A stretch of DNA of 64,000 bases from Clostridiales bacterium (GTDB lineage: Bacteria; Bacillota; Clostridia; Christensenellales; Pumilibacteraceae), in NCBI GenBank assembly GCA_022508445.1, contig JAFLVG010000007.1:1457-65456 (forward strand). Reading direction: 5' to 3'. The position numbers and the translations under genes are program-made. Position 1 is the stretch's first letter; each line of letters opens with the position of its first letter. Shown in pieces: positions 37,601-47,375 of this stretch. The notes below the pieces were generated by a model. The model saw nothing but the letters and a program-made list of their open reading frames with translations, was not told the DNA's origin and searched no databases.

Positions 37601-37986
37601 TGGAGATATTTCGCATTGTAGCGATTGCTCTTATTACGGCATTTTGCGTGCTTGTTCTGCGTGACGTAAAAAGCGATCTCGCCGCTGTCGTTGCGCTCGC
37701 GGGCGGTATTATTGTCGTGCTGTCTGTCGTGGACTATTTTGCCGATATATTTTCGGTGGTGTCGGCGATAGCAAAGCGTGCAGGACTTGCCACATCTGTC
37801 GTGACGCTTTTATTCAAGGTAATTGCAGTGGGTTATATTACCGAGTTTTCGGCATCGATAATCGAGGACATGGGACTTTCCTCCATATCGGATAAGGTTA
37901 TGCTCGCAGGAAAGCTTATCATTGTCGGAGTGTCACTGCCCGTTGTGGTGCAACTGTTCGAATTTATTGCAGGTATGCTGGCATGA
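37600..37986 (+). CDS. spoIIIAD: Stage III sporulation protein AD
   Basis: 128 aa, four TM helices, FRIVAIALITA, position. ATGA-type overlap with AC. Confidence 0.78.
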   Translation: MEIFRIVAIALITAFCVLVLRDVKSDLAAVVALAGGIIVVLSVVDYFADIFSVVSAIAKRAGLATSVVTLLFKVIAVGYITEFSASIIEDMGLSSISDKVMLAGKLIIVGVSLPVVVQLFEFIAGMLA

Positions 37987-39221
37987 GAAAATTAATAGTT
38001 ATCATAATATCACTGATAACTGCGGTGACTGCGTTATGCTTTGTCGGTTACCGTTCGGGCGCAAAAAAGATGACGGCAAAAGCTAACTTCGGACAAATGA
38101 CGGCTACTGCTCGGAATGCCTCCGATGACGAACAGGACGTCGAGGGCAGTGTAGAGGATTTGCTCGGCAACCTCGATTTGAAGGGTATTCAAGGCCTGCT
38201 CGAAACGCTTACGTCCGAACAGCTCTCGATTTTCGGTTTTAGCGATATTTCCGATCGATTACGCGCCATAGCGGAAGGAAAGTTCGAAAACGACTTCGGC
38301 GGAATAGTCGGATATGTTTTCGCGCTTTTGGGCGCCGACGTTTTCGAGTTTTTGCCTATGCTCATAGCATGTATAGCGATAGTGCTTGCGTACAACCTGA
38401 TAAATTCCGTTAAAGGCAATTTTGCATCCGATTCGATAGAGCGCGTGGTATATTTTGCCACGGGAACGCTTGCCGTGTCGCTCGTTGTCGGGTATTTTTC
38501 GACTGTGCTTGTTTACGCAGTCAGATTCGTAACATCGATAAAAACGCAGATTAACGTGGTTTCTCCCGTATTGATTACGCTCATGACGGCGGCGGGCGCG
38601 TCGGCTTCCGCAGGCGTATATACGCCGACGATTGCCGCGTTAGGCAGCGGCATGACGAGCGTTATTACGTATTTTGCGTTTCCCACGCTGCTTATGGGCC
38701 TTGTTTTCGATATTGTAGGATCTGTTTCGTCAGGAATAAAACTCGACAAGACGGCCGAGTTTCTTCGCTCCGTGTGCAAGTGGTTTTTGGGGACAGCGTT
38801 CTTCTTGTTTATAGCTGTGATTGGCGTTTCGGGGATAACCGCGTCCGTGCGTGACGGGATTTCCGTGCGTGCCGCAAGATTCGCGGTTTCGAAGTATGTG
38901 CCGGTAATAGGCGGATACCTGTCGCAAGGCTTTGACTTCGTAATGGCAGGCAACGTGCTTATTAAGAATGCACTCGGATCGAGCGCTGTGGTGCTTATAA
39001 TTCTTTGCGCCGCACCCGTGATATCCAAGCTCGCCATTTTTACGTTGACGCTCAAACTCACGGCGGCAATAGCCGAGCCTCTCGGTGGGGACAGGTTTTG
39101 CGGAATATTGACTTCGATATCCAAATCGTCGTCAATGATTGCCGCGGTAGTAATAGCAATGACGTTTTTATACATATTGTTTCTTTCCATGATTATTTGC
39201 ACAGGTAATATAGGCTTATGA
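37983..39221 (+). CDS. spoIIIAE: Stage III sporulation protein AE
   Basis: About 400-aa polytopic protein with a signal/anchor and large N-terminal loop. Position in the operon. Confidence 0.8.
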   Translation: MRKLIVIIISLITAVTALCFVGYRSGAKKMTAKANFGQMTATARNASDDEQDVEGSVEDLLGNLDLKGIQGLLETLTSEQLSIFGFSDISDRLRAIAEGKFENDFGGIVGYVFALLGADVFEFLPMLIACIAIVLAYNLINSVKGNFASDSIERVVYFATGTLAVSLVVGYFSTVLVYAVRFVTSIKTQINVVSPVLITLMTAAGASASAGVYTPTIAALGSGMTSVITYFAFPTLLMGLVFDIVGSVSSGIKLDKTAEFLRSVCKWFLGTAFFLFIAVIGVSGITASVRDGISVRAARFAVSKYVPVIGGYLSQGFDFVMAGNVLIKNALGSSAVVLIILCAAPVISKLAIFTLTLKLTAAIAEPLGGDRFCGILTSISKSSSMIAAVVIAMTFLYILFLSMIICTGNIGL

Positions 39222-39688
39222 GTTCTTTTGCCGCTTGGGGATTAACTATACTGGGCCTTGCCGTTGTCACTACGGTCGCGGAAATGCTCTTGCCGCAGGG
39301 CAAGACGAAAAAAGTCATTCGTTCCGTAACGGCGACCGTCGCGGTGCTGGTGATAGTGACGCCGCTGCCGAGCCTTTTTAAATCGGGGTTTAACTTCGAT
39401 TTCGAAAAGGATGCAGTTCAGATCGACGATAAGTATCTCGAATATACCGAAAAGCTCAAATCGGAGCTTTACTGCTCTGCGGCGAAAAAGTATCTTGCCG
39501 AAAAAGGGTATGCGACCGACTTTGAAATGTCCGTAACTCTCGACGGATGGAATGTCAAATCGGTCACCTTAAATTTTTCCGATTTCGGCATGACGGACAA
39601 TGCCGAGCATATACATAAGAGTGAAATCATCAAGCTGGTTGCGGACTACTTCGGCATCGGCGAGGAGGCGATCATGTCTTATGGGTAA
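39218..39688 (+). CDS. spoIIIAF: Stage III sporulation protein AF
   Basis: Two N-terminal TM helices plus a ring-building-motif-sized soluble domain. Position. Confidence 0.62.
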   Translation: MSSFAAWGLTILGLAVVTTVAEMLLPQGKTKKVIRSVTATVAVLVIVTPLPSLFKSGFNFDFEKDAVQIDDKYLEYTEKLKSELYCSAAKKYLAEKGYATDFEMSVTLDGWNVKSVTLNFSDFGMTDNAEHIHKSEIIKLVADYFGIGEEAIMSYG

Positions 39689-40118
39689 ACTATCCGGCTT
39701 TATTTCAAGGCTGAAAAATATCAAACATATCGAAGTGATTGCATGCGGTGCGGTGCTTGTCGTAGTCCTCTTGATATATTTTTCGTGCGTGTCATGTTCG
39801 GGAAGTAAAGACTCCGAATTGACAGCCGTAAATGTGGATTTGAGCAAGACGGACTATTGTACGGCAATGCAGATACAAGTGGAAAAAATAGTGTCGGAAA
39901 TTTCGGGCGTGGGCAGCGCGTCGGTAGTTATTAACTGGGACAGAAGTGTGTCCGCATCTTTTGGCGGTTCATCGTCCGAAAATCCGCGAGCTGTCGGGGC
40001 GTTGATAGTTTGCGACGGCGGAAATAATACAAAAGTAAAACTCGACGTCATGTATGCGGTGTCTACGCTGCTTGACTTGTCGATAGAAAGAATCATGGTT
40101 TATCCGAAATCAAAATAA
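39681..40118 (+). CDS. spoIIIAG: Stage III sporulation protein AG
   Basis: Single TM followed by an EscJ/FliF-like domain (VGALIVCDGG ... IMVYP). Internal ATG 39681 chosen because the track start at 39600 lies inside spoIIIAF. Confidence 0.72.
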   Translation: MGKLSGFISRLKNIKHIEVIACGAVLVVVLLIYFSCVSCSGSKDSELTAVNVDLSKTDYCTAMQIQVEKIVSEISGVGSASVVINWDRSVSASFGGSSSENPRAVGALIVCDGGNNTKVKLDVMYAVSTLLDLSIERIMVYPKSK

Positions 40119-40129
40119 ATGGAGGTATT

Positions 40130-40609
40130 ATGAGTAAAAGGAAAAAAATCATCATACTTGCGAGCATGGTCGCTCTTCTCGTATTGACCGGCTGTTTGAA
40201 TTATTTTCTCAACAGGCCGAGTGTTGCAGCTGCCAATGCCGACAGCAAGGTGACTTACAGCGATTATTTCGCGTCGTCGCGCGCCGACAGGGATTCTTCG
40301 CGCTCGGAAGCTGTCATGTACTACGAGGCAATAATCGCCAACGAAGCGACGTCGGCGGCCGCCAAAGCCAATGCCGAATCGAGCCTTGCGTCGCTCATTG
40401 CGAATATGAATACCGAGCAACGGCTCGAAACGCTTATTCGAGCGCTCGGATTCAGCGATTGCCTTGTGACAGTCGGCAACGAGAACATAAACGTCATAGT
40501 CAAGTCGGACGCAATGACCGATCAAGAAGTGGCGCAAGTGCTTGACGTCGTTTTGACCGAAACAGGCAAGACGATCGAGTATGTGAGAGTGAAAGCAATC
40601 GATCTGTAA
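40130..40609 (+). CDS. spoIIIAH: Stage III sporulation protein AH
   Basis: SD GGAGG. N-terminal TM. C-terminal YscJ-like domain (CLVTVGNENINVIV). Last gene before a terminator. Confidence 0.65.
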   Translation: MSKRKKIIILASMVALLVLTGCLNYFLNRPSVAAANADSKVTYSDYFASSRADRDSSRSEAVMYYEAIIANEATSAAAKANAESSLASLIANMNTEQRLETLIRALGFSDCLVTVGNENINVIVKSDAMTDQEVAQVLDVVLTETGKTIEYVRVKAIDL

Positions 40610-40633
40610 TTATATTATTGCTGTAAAACGATT

Positions 40634-40664
40634 AAATCGGGTGGGTAAGCCTGCCCGATTTTTT
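40634..40664 (+). terminator. Intrinsic terminator after spoIIIAH
   Basis: Stem AAATCGGGTGGG / CCTGCCCGATTT with G-U pairs, loop TAAG, then a T-run. Confidence 0.8.
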
Positions 40665-40708
40665 GTTTTTCTCTTTTTTAACATTTTAAAATAGGTCACA
40701 AAAAAAGA

Positions 40709-40737
40709 TTGTAATTTATCGAATGATGTGCTATACT
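40709..40737 (+). promoter_or_regulatory. Sigma-A-type promoter for the asp23-nusB-folD operon
   Basis: TTGTAA, 17-nt spacer with TGc, then TATACT. Confidence 0.6.
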
Positions 40738-40757
40738 TTATGCAGAGGTTTTATACG

Positions 40758-41069
40758 ATGAGTGCGAAGCGAAACAACATTATATCGGACGGCATAACGT
40801 ACGGACATAACGTTCTGCGTTCGATTATTCGTTTGGCTACGCAAGAGATTAGCGGCGTCGAATCTGTCTGCGGCAGGGGTGTGCGCTGTTATATCGTCGG
40901 CGATACAATAGACGCCGATGTCTATATCGAGGTAAACAGCGAGGTAAGCTGTTCGGATATTGCTTACAAGGTTCAAGCTAATATCAAGAAATCGGTTGAA
41001 ACGATGACAGATTACAAGATGGGAGTAATTAACGTTAATATTATTTCCGTCAAATTTTCCAAGCATTAG
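40758..41069 (+). CDS. Asp23/Gls24-family (alkaline shock) protein, YqhY-like
   Basis: VLRSIIRLATQEISGV ... INVNIISV. Upstream of nusB, as Bacillus yqhY is. Confidence 0.75.
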   Translation: MSAKRNNIISDGITYGHNVLRSIIRLATQEISGVESVCGRGVRCYIVGDTIDADVYIEVNSEVSCSDIAYKVQANIKKSVETMTDYKMGVINVNIISVKFSKH

Positions 41070-41077
41070 GAGATAAC

Positions 41078-41479
41078 ATGAAGCGACGCGCGGCGCGTGA
41101 GATTGCATTTCAATTGACATACGAAATGGTGATGACAGGCGAGTACAACGCCGAAACGAAAGAAGAATTGATTGCGGATGCCGACGCGGATTCGCGTGAA
41201 TATATCGATTCAGTAATTAACGGTATAGCGGCTCGCCGCGACGAGCTTAAATCGGTGATTGTTAAATATGCTAAGGGATACGAGTTCGACCGCATATATA
41301 AAACAGATCTTGCGGTGCTGTTCCTCGCTTGCTACGAGCTTATGTACACCGATACGCCTAAGGCTGTTATCGCAAACGAGGCGGTCGAGATAGCAAAAAC
41401 TTATTCAGATGTCAAAAGCCACGCTTTTATAAACGGCATACTCGCGTCGGTGATCAAGGGTGACCGCGAAGATGGGTGA
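41078..41479 (+). CDS. nusB: Transcription antitermination factor NusB
   Basis: SD AGGAG. RRAAREIAFQLTYE and FINGILASV. Confidence 0.92.
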   Translation: MKRRAAREIAFQLTYEMVMTGEYNAETKEELIADADADSREYIDSVINGIAARRDELKSVIVKYAKGYEFDRIYKTDLAVLFLACYELMYTDTPKAVIANEAVEIAKTYSDVKSHAFINGILASVIKGDREDG

Positions 41480-42314
41480 GATAATAAGCGGCAAGCAAAT
41501 CGCCGCGCAAATAAAGCTCAAAGTACAGGCGCGTGCGCAGGCTTTTGAGCAAAAAACCGGGCGCAAGATAGGGCTTGCCGTAGTGCGCGCCGGGAGTGAT
41601 CCGGCGTCGGCTATCTATGTGCGCAACAAGGTTAAAGCATGCGAGGAGTGCAATATCGCCTCGTATTCGTATATTTTGGATGATAACGTTTCACAAGATG
41701 AGCTTGTCACGCTTGTTAACAAGCTCAATGCAGACGATAAAATAGACGGCATACTTGTTCAGTTGCCGCTACCAAAGCACATAGACGAGCGAATTGTGCT
41801 TTCCGCTATTTCGCCGAATAAGGACGCGGACGGTTTTCATGTGGTGAATGCAGGCAAGCTGTTTTTGGGCGAGTCGAGCGGCGTTATTGCCTGTACGCCG
41901 CGCGGAATAATCGAGCTCATTAAATCGACGGGTGAAGATATATGCGGCAAGCACGCGGTAGTTATCGGGCGGTCGAACATAGTCGGAAAGCCGGTTGCGG
42001 CGCTTCTTCTCGAAAACAACGCTACGGTTACCGTTTGCCACAGCAAGACTCAACACCTTAAAGAAATAACGAAAACTGCCGATATACTTGTCGTGGCGGT
42101 CGGTAAAAGGCATTTTGTCACTGCCGATATGGTAAAGCGCGGCGCGATAGTTATCGACGTCGGCATGAACCGCGACGAGAGCGGTCTGTATGGCGACGTC
42201 GATTTCGAAAACGTCAAGAGCGTGGCAGGCTACATCACGCCTGTCCCGGGCGGAGTCGGACCAATGACGGTTGCCATGCTGTTATTAAATACTGTGGACG
42301 GCGCGCGTGCATGA
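41472..42314 (+). CDS. folD: Bifunctional methylenetetrahydrofolate dehydrogenase / methenyl-THF cyclohydrolase
   Basis: ISGKQIA, YVRNKVKACEE, GRSNIVGKP, PVPGGVGPMT. Start is ATG 41472 or GTG 41460. Confidence 0.95.
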   Translation: MGEIISGKQIAAQIKLKVQARAQAFEQKTGRKIGLAVVRAGSDPASAIYVRNKVKACEECNIASYSYILDDNVSQDELVTLVNKLNADDKIDGILVQLPLPKHIDERIVLSAISPNKDADGFHVVNAGKLFLGESSGVIACTPRGIIELIKSTGEDICGKHAVVIGRSNIVGKPVAALLLENNATVTVCHSKTQHLKEITKTADILVVAVGKRHFVTADMVKRGAIVIDVGMNRDESGLYGDVDFENVKSVAGYITPVPGGVGPMTVAMLLLNTVDGARA

Positions 42315-43549
42315 ATAGGACGATGACGGTTGCGCAGTTGTCGGCATACGTTCGCGGCGTGTTCGACGACGAAGAATTACTGCATGACGTTACGCTTGTC
42401 GGCGAGGTTGCCGATATTTCGTATTCCGATAAGCATACATTTTTGGTGCTTGCCGACGGAGCTTTTTCTGTGCGTTGTGTGCATTTTTCGTCGCGCGATA
42501 CAATAGAAAAGGGCGCTCGCGTAGCGCTTCGCGGCAGTGTGAGCTTCTATGACAAGCGCAATACCGTGTCATTCAATTACTCGGAGTTTTTCTTGCAAGG
42601 CGTCGGGGATAAGAACGCCAAGCTCGCCGCGGTCAAAGAAAAGCTACGCTCGCTCGGATATTTCGAAAACCGTCCTCGGCTTCCGAAATATATTGTAAAC
42701 GTTGTGGTTGTGACAAGCCCGGACGGCGCGGCGATACGCGATTTTATGCGCGTTGTGTACGATAAAAGTCCGTTCGTAAATATAAGGGTGTATCCCGTCA
42801 AGGTCCAAGGCGAAGGCGCGGCGGCGCAAATGGCGAATGCTGTCAATAAGCTGCAAAAATGCAAGACCGACGCGATTGTGCTTTGCCGCGGCGGCGGCAG
42901 TGACGAGGACTTAGACTGCTTTAACGACGAAGAACTTGCAACTGCCGTCGCTCTCTCTAAGCTCCCCGTGATATCGGCGGTCGGGCACGAGATAAATTTT
43001 TCGCTCTGTGATTTTTGCGCGGGAACGCGTGCCGGCACACCGTCTATTGCAGGCGAAATTGTAAATGCGCACGCGGCGCAACTTATTTACGATTTATCGG
43101 CCTGCGCTTATGCGATGCGCGAAGGGCTTGCCGCCAAATACAATAAGGCAGTGTTTTCGTTAAGCCGCCTTGGCACTTCAACGACAAGCGCAGTGGCGGC
43201 GCGATTGGGCGAAGGCTACAATACAGTCAGATCGTCGGCTATTAAAAGCGGTTTTATACTGCAAAGAAAACTTGACGCCAAAAATAACGCGCTGTCGCTT
43301 TCGGCCGATAGGCTTAAAACCGCGACAGGGCAAAGGCTTAATGAAAGGCGTGTTCGGTGCGATAAGCTAACGGCACTGCTTTCAGCGCTCGATCCGCACA
43401 GAATAATCAAGATAGGTTATGCGGCGGTTATGCGAGATAAGTTGCGGATAAAAAGCGCGAGAGAGCTTAAACCGAATGACGAGATAAAGCTCGTGTTCGA
43501 CAGCGGCGTGGCAACAGCGGTCGTAAAAGAAGTCAAAACAAAAGGTTAG
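42311..43549 (+). CDS. xseA: Exodeoxyribonuclease VII large subunit
   Basis: N-terminal OB (TVAQLSAYVRGVF), RGGGSDEDL, and a coiled-coil C-terminus. Confidence 0.92.
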   Translation: MNRTMTVAQLSAYVRGVFDDEELLHDVTLVGEVADISYSDKHTFLVLADGAFSVRCVHFSSRDTIEKGARVALRGSVSFYDKRNTVSFNYSEFFLQGVGDKNAKLAAVKEKLRSLGYFENRPRLPKYIVNVVVVTSPDGAAIRDFMRVVYDKSPFVNIRVYPVKVQGEGAAAQMANAVNKLQKCKTDAIVLCRGGGSDEDLDCFNDEELATAVALSKLPVISAVGHEINFSLCDFCAGTRAGTPSIAGEIVNAHAAQLIYDLSACAYAMREGLAAKYNKAVFSLSRLGTSTTSAVAARLGEGYNTVRSSAIKSGFILQRKLDAKNNALSLSADRLKTATGQRLNERRVRCDKLTALLSALDPHRIIKIGYAAVMRDKLRIKSARELKPNDEIKLVFDSGVATAVVKEVKTKG

Positions 43550-43557
43550 GTGATGCT

Positions 43558-43818
43558 ATGGAAAATACAAAGACAGAGAGTAGAGCGGTTTCCGCCGATT
43601 TCGAAAAGAAAATCGCCGAACTGCAACGAATAGTGGAAAAGCTCGAAAGCGATTCGAGCGTTTCGCTCGAAGACAGCATGAAGCTGTATGAGAGCGGTCT
43701 GGAACTGACGAAAGAATGCGTTCAAGATCTCAATGCAATGCAGTCTCGAATTTCAGATTTGAACCGCCAACTCGATTCGATTCTGCAACAGCCGCTTTTC
43801 GGTGATCGCGATGAGTGA
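43558..43818 (+). CDS. xseB: Exodeoxyribonuclease VII small subunit
   Basis: FEKKIAELQRIVEKLES...SLEDSMKLYESG. Confidence 0.88.
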   Translation: MENTKTESRAVSADFEKKIAELQRIVEKLESDSSVSLEDSMKLYESGLELTKECVQDLNAMQSRISDLNRQLDSILQQPLFGDRDE

Positions 43819-44734
43819 GCTTTTCGACGAGCGTTTGGCGGATTGGAAAGAACAAATCGACGCCGAACTCAAAAATATATTGGACTCGCTTGAATATGCG
43901 GACGAGTTCAAAGAAATTCTCGAATACGCGCTTTTCCCGGGCGGAAAACGCCTGCGGCCTATTTTGCTTTTGGAATGGCACAGCGTGTTTTCACCGCCCG
44001 ATGAGTACGCGCTTCGCTATGCGTGCGGAATAGAAATATTGCACTCGTATTCGCTCATTCACGACGACATGCCGTGTATGGATAACGACGATTTGAGACG
44101 GGGCAAGCCCACCGTTCATAAAAAGTACGGCGAAGGAAAAGCCCTACTTGCAGGCGACGCATTGATGGACCTTGCGTACAGAATTTTGAATATGCCGACG
44201 CCGCGCGGCGACGCAAGCCCGTTCAATCTGTATCCGGCCCTTTGCGGCGACATGGGACTTATTAACGGTCAGTTCATCGATCTGTACGGCAAAATAAATT
44301 CGCTTGACGATCTTGTCAAGATGTACAGGCTTAAAACGGGCGCTCTCATCAAGCTCGCGTGCGTGAGCGGATTTATGCTCGGCAACAATTTAAATTATCA
44401 AAGCGGCGATAAATTCGTCGGCTCGCTGTTCGGCAATTATGTCAAGAGCGTGATAACAGATCGCGCCGCGCCTGAGGATGAGCGCATGATAAAATACGTG
44501 ATGGCGTCCGGGTTCGGCGAGGCGTTCGGTTGTGCGTTCCAGCTTTACGATGACATAACCGAATACATCGCAGGCGAGAAGCTGAGCGAAACCAGCGCGC
44601 TCAAATTTATAGATCTCGAAGAGGCAAAGATTGCGCTGAACAATCATTTGAACGACGCCGCCAAAACTCTTGAAATCGTGGGCGGAGATACGGAATATCT
44701 TTCGGAGTTTTTGCAAAAATTCGTTATAGTGTAA
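43811..44734 (+). CDS. ispA: Polyprenyl (farnesyl/geranylgeranyl) diphosphate synthase
   Basis: FARM motif LIHDDMPCMDNDDLRRGKPT and SARM motif FQLYDDITEY. Confidence 0.87.
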   Translation: MSELFDERLADWKEQIDAELKNILDSLEYADEFKEILEYALFPGGKRLRPILLLEWHSVFSPPDEYALRYACGIEILHSYSLIHDDMPCMDNDDLRRGKPTVHKKYGEGKALLAGDALMDLAYRILNMPTPRGDASPFNLYPALCGDMGLINGQFIDLYGKINSLDDLVKMYRLKTGALIKLACVSGFMLGNNLNYQSGDKFVGSLFGNYVKSVITDRAAPEDERMIKYVMASGFGEAFGCAFQLYDDITEYIAGEKLSETSALKFIDLEEAKIALNNHLNDAAKTLEIVGGDTEYLSEFLQKFVIV

Positions 44735-44738
44735 GCAA

Positions 44739-46556
44739 GTGGAATATAATGACATCAAAACGCCGCAAGACTTGAAACGGCTTAATATTTCGGAGCTTGA
44801 CGGCTTGTGCGAATATTTGCGCGAGCGGATAATATCCGTTGTGGAAAAAAACGGCGGACATCTTGCGTCCAATCTCGGAACGGTGGAGCTTACTGTTGCG
44901 CTTCACTTTTGTTTCGATTGTCCGTGCGATAAGTTTTTATTCGATGTCGGTCACCAGTCTTATGCGCACAAAATTTTGACGGAACGCGGAGAGGCGTTCG
45001 AGGGCTTGCGCAAAAACGACGGTATATCGGGCTTTCCGCAGCCTGCCGAAAGCAAATACGACGCGTTTATTGCGGGACACGCCTCCACGTCGCTGTCTGT
45101 CGCGCTCGGCCTTGCGGAAGCGGCACATCGGCGCGGAAGCGACGAGCAGCGTGCGATTGCTGTGATCGGCGACGGTGCGCTCACGGGCGGCATGGCATAT
45201 GAGGCGCTTAACGCAATAGGCAGTGAAAAGTTGCCGGTTGTAATCGTGCTCAACGACAACAATATGTCGATAAGCAAGAACGTCGGCGCAATGAATAATT
45301 ATTTGACAAGATTACGCGTAAGTAAAAAATATTCGCGCCTTAAAACCGAAATCAAGCGCGCGGTATCGATAATACCCATTTTCGGTGACGGCGCAATACA
45401 TCTTTTGGAAAAGGGCAAAAAGCTGTTGAAGCGTGTGGTGCTGTCCAACAAAATGTTCGAAGCAATGGGCATATCGTATTACGGACCGTTCGACGGACAC
45501 AACGTGCGCGAGATGATTGATGTTTTTACGCAAATAAAATCAAAGAACGGACCTGTGCTCGTACACGTTTTGACTGAAAAGGGCAAGGGTTTGAAGAGCG
45601 CGGTCACAGATCCCGAACACTCGCACGGCATTTCGTCCGTCGGTGCGCCGCGCGGCAATGATTTTTCAGATGTGATCGGAGAGTTCCTTTCGTTTGCCGC
45701 AAAAACAGATGAACGAATAATGGCAGTGACGGCCGCAATGGCAATCGGCACGGGGCTTGAAAAGTTTTCTGCCGAGTTTCCCGAGCGCTTTAAGGATGTA
45801 GGCATTGCCGAAGAGCATGCGGTCACGTATTGTGCCGCACTCGCCGCAGGCGGCATGAAGCCGTATTTTGCCGTGTATTCCACATTTTTACAGCGCGCAT
45901 ACGATCAGCTTTTGCACGACGTGTGTATAGGAAATTTTCCGGTTACATTTTGCGTGGATAGAGCCGGCGTCGTCGGCGCAGACGGTATAACTCATCAGGG
46001 CGTGTTTGATTTGAGCTATCTTTTGCCCATGCCGAACATGACTGTTATGTGTCCGACAGACGGCGACGAGCTTCGCGATATGCTAGAATACTCGCTGACG
46101 TTTGCCGCACCGCTCGCAATACGCTATCCGAAATCATACGTCACGACAAGACCGCATGAACCCATTGTTTACGGAAAGTGGGAGACAATGCTTTCTTCAA
46201 AGTCAAAAGTTTTCGTTTTGTGCGCAGGTGGGCGAGCGCTCGATATCGCATTTGCCGCGGCAGATGAAATCAAGCTCAATATTATAAACGCTCGGTTTGT
46301 AAAGCCGCTCGACAAAGAGTGTTTGAAAGAAATTAACAAGCGTTGCAACATTATTGTCACTGTCGAAGATAATGTTGCGCAAGGCGGATTCGGCATGAGC
46401 GTGCTATCGTATCTCAACGAAATAGGAAAATGCGCCGAGTGCGCTATTCTTGCGCACGGCGACGGATTTATCGACGACCGCGACATTAACTCATCGCTCG
46501 AAAAGTCGGGGCTTACAAAAGAAAATTTGATCAAGATAGTTAAAAGTCTTGAATAA
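44739..46556 (+). CDS. dxs: 1-deoxy-D-xylulose-5-phosphate synthase
   Basis: GGHLASNLGTVELT, DVGHQSYAHKILT, and the ThDP motif GDGALTGGMAYEALN...NDN. Confidence 0.95.
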   Translation: MEYNDIKTPQDLKRLNISELDGLCEYLRERIISVVEKNGGHLASNLGTVELTVALHFCFDCPCDKFLFDVGHQSYAHKILTERGEAFEGLRKNDGISGFPQPAESKYDAFIAGHASTSLSVALGLAEAAHRRGSDEQRAIAVIGDGALTGGMAYEALNAIGSEKLPVVIVLNDNNMSISKNVGAMNNYLTRLRVSKKYSRLKTEIKRAVSIIPIFGDGAIHLLEKGKKLLKRVVLSNKMFEAMGISYYGPFDGHNVREMIDVFTQIKSKNGPVLVHVLTEKGKGLKSAVTDPEHSHGISSVGAPRGNDFSDVIGEFLSFAAKTDERIMAVTAAMAIGTGLEKFSAEFPERFKDVGIAEEHAVTYCAALAAGGMKPYFAVYSTFLQRAYDQLLHDVCIGNFPVTFCVDRAGVVGADGITHQGVFDLSYLLPMPNMTVMCPTDGDELRDMLEYSLTFAAPLAIRYPKSYVTTRPHEPIVYGKWETMLSSKSKVFVLCAGGRALDIAFAAADEIKLNIINARFVKPLDKECLKEINKRCNIIVTVEDNVAQGGFGMSVLSYLNEIGKCAECAILAHGDGFIDDRDINSSLEKSGLTKENLIKIVKSLE

Positions 46557-46577
46557 TTCGTTCAAAACAGGTATAAT
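46549..46577 (+). promoter_or_regulatory. Sigma-A-type promoter overlapping the dxs stop, reading into nadK
   Basis: TTGAAT, 17-nt spacer, then TATAAT. The hexamer ends 6 nt before the nadK ATG. Confidence 0.55.
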
Positions 46578-46583
46578 AGCGTT

Positions 46584-47375
46584 ATGAAAATCGGAGTGTA
46601 TTCAAATCCGCATAAAGACATAGGAAATACGGTTAAAGACGCAGTGCTTTCGGCGGCGCAGAAAGTCGGCATTCAAGCCGAGCCGTTTTCTTTTGAAGAT
46701 AAGTACGATTTTATAGTTTCCGTCGGCGGCGACGGCACAATACTTCGCATAGCAAAGTACAGCGCGTTGAACGATACTCCCATACTCGGCGTCAATATGG
46801 GAACTGTCGGTTTCCTTACCGAGATAGAGCCTGCCGAAATCGAATCGGCGCTAAATAAACTTAAACACCGAGAATACATATTAGAGCGCCGAGCGCTCAT
46901 CGATGCGGAGCTTGACGGCACGCATTATTATGCGCTTAACGATATCGTCGTCAGATCGTGCAGTGTCAGAATGATGGCAATGGAAGTGCGCGTCAGCGGC
47001 GAGCTCATCGATAAGTTTACATGCGACGGTTATATCGCATGCACGCCCACCGGCTCTACCGCTTATTCGCTGTCGGCCGGCGGTGCGGTAATCGGCCCGA
47101 ACACGCCGGTAATAGCGCTTACTCCAATCAATCCTCACACGCTCCGCACCAAGCCGATTGTTGTCGGTTCGTTTGAAAATGTCACTATGAAGAGTACGGG
47201 AGTCACCGAAGCCGCGCTCTATGCGGACGGAGAATATACCGCGGAGTTAAGTAGCGGCAAGTGCGTCAGCATAACGGGCTGGGATAGGAGCGCGCTATTC
47301 GTCCGATTCGCAAAAAAGAGTTTTTACTCGCGACTGCTAAATAAACTCAACTATTGGTCGGCGTCGGAGGACTGA
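46584..47375 (+). CDS. nadK: NAD kinase
   Basis: VGGDGTILR, GVNMGTVGFL, TPTGSTAYSLSAGG. Confidence 0.92.
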   Translation: MKIGVYSNPHKDIGNTVKDAVLSAAQKVGIQAEPFSFEDKYDFIVSVGGDGTILRIAKYSALNDTPILGVNMGTVGFLTEIEPAEIESALNKLKHREYILERRALIDAELDGTHYYALNDIVVRSCSVRMMAMEVRVSGELIDKFTCDGYIACTPTGSTAYSLSAGGAVIGPNTPVIALTPINPHTLRTKPIVVGSFENVTMKSTGVTEAALYADGEYTAELSSGKCVSITGWDRSALFVRFAKKSFYSRLLNKLNYWSASED

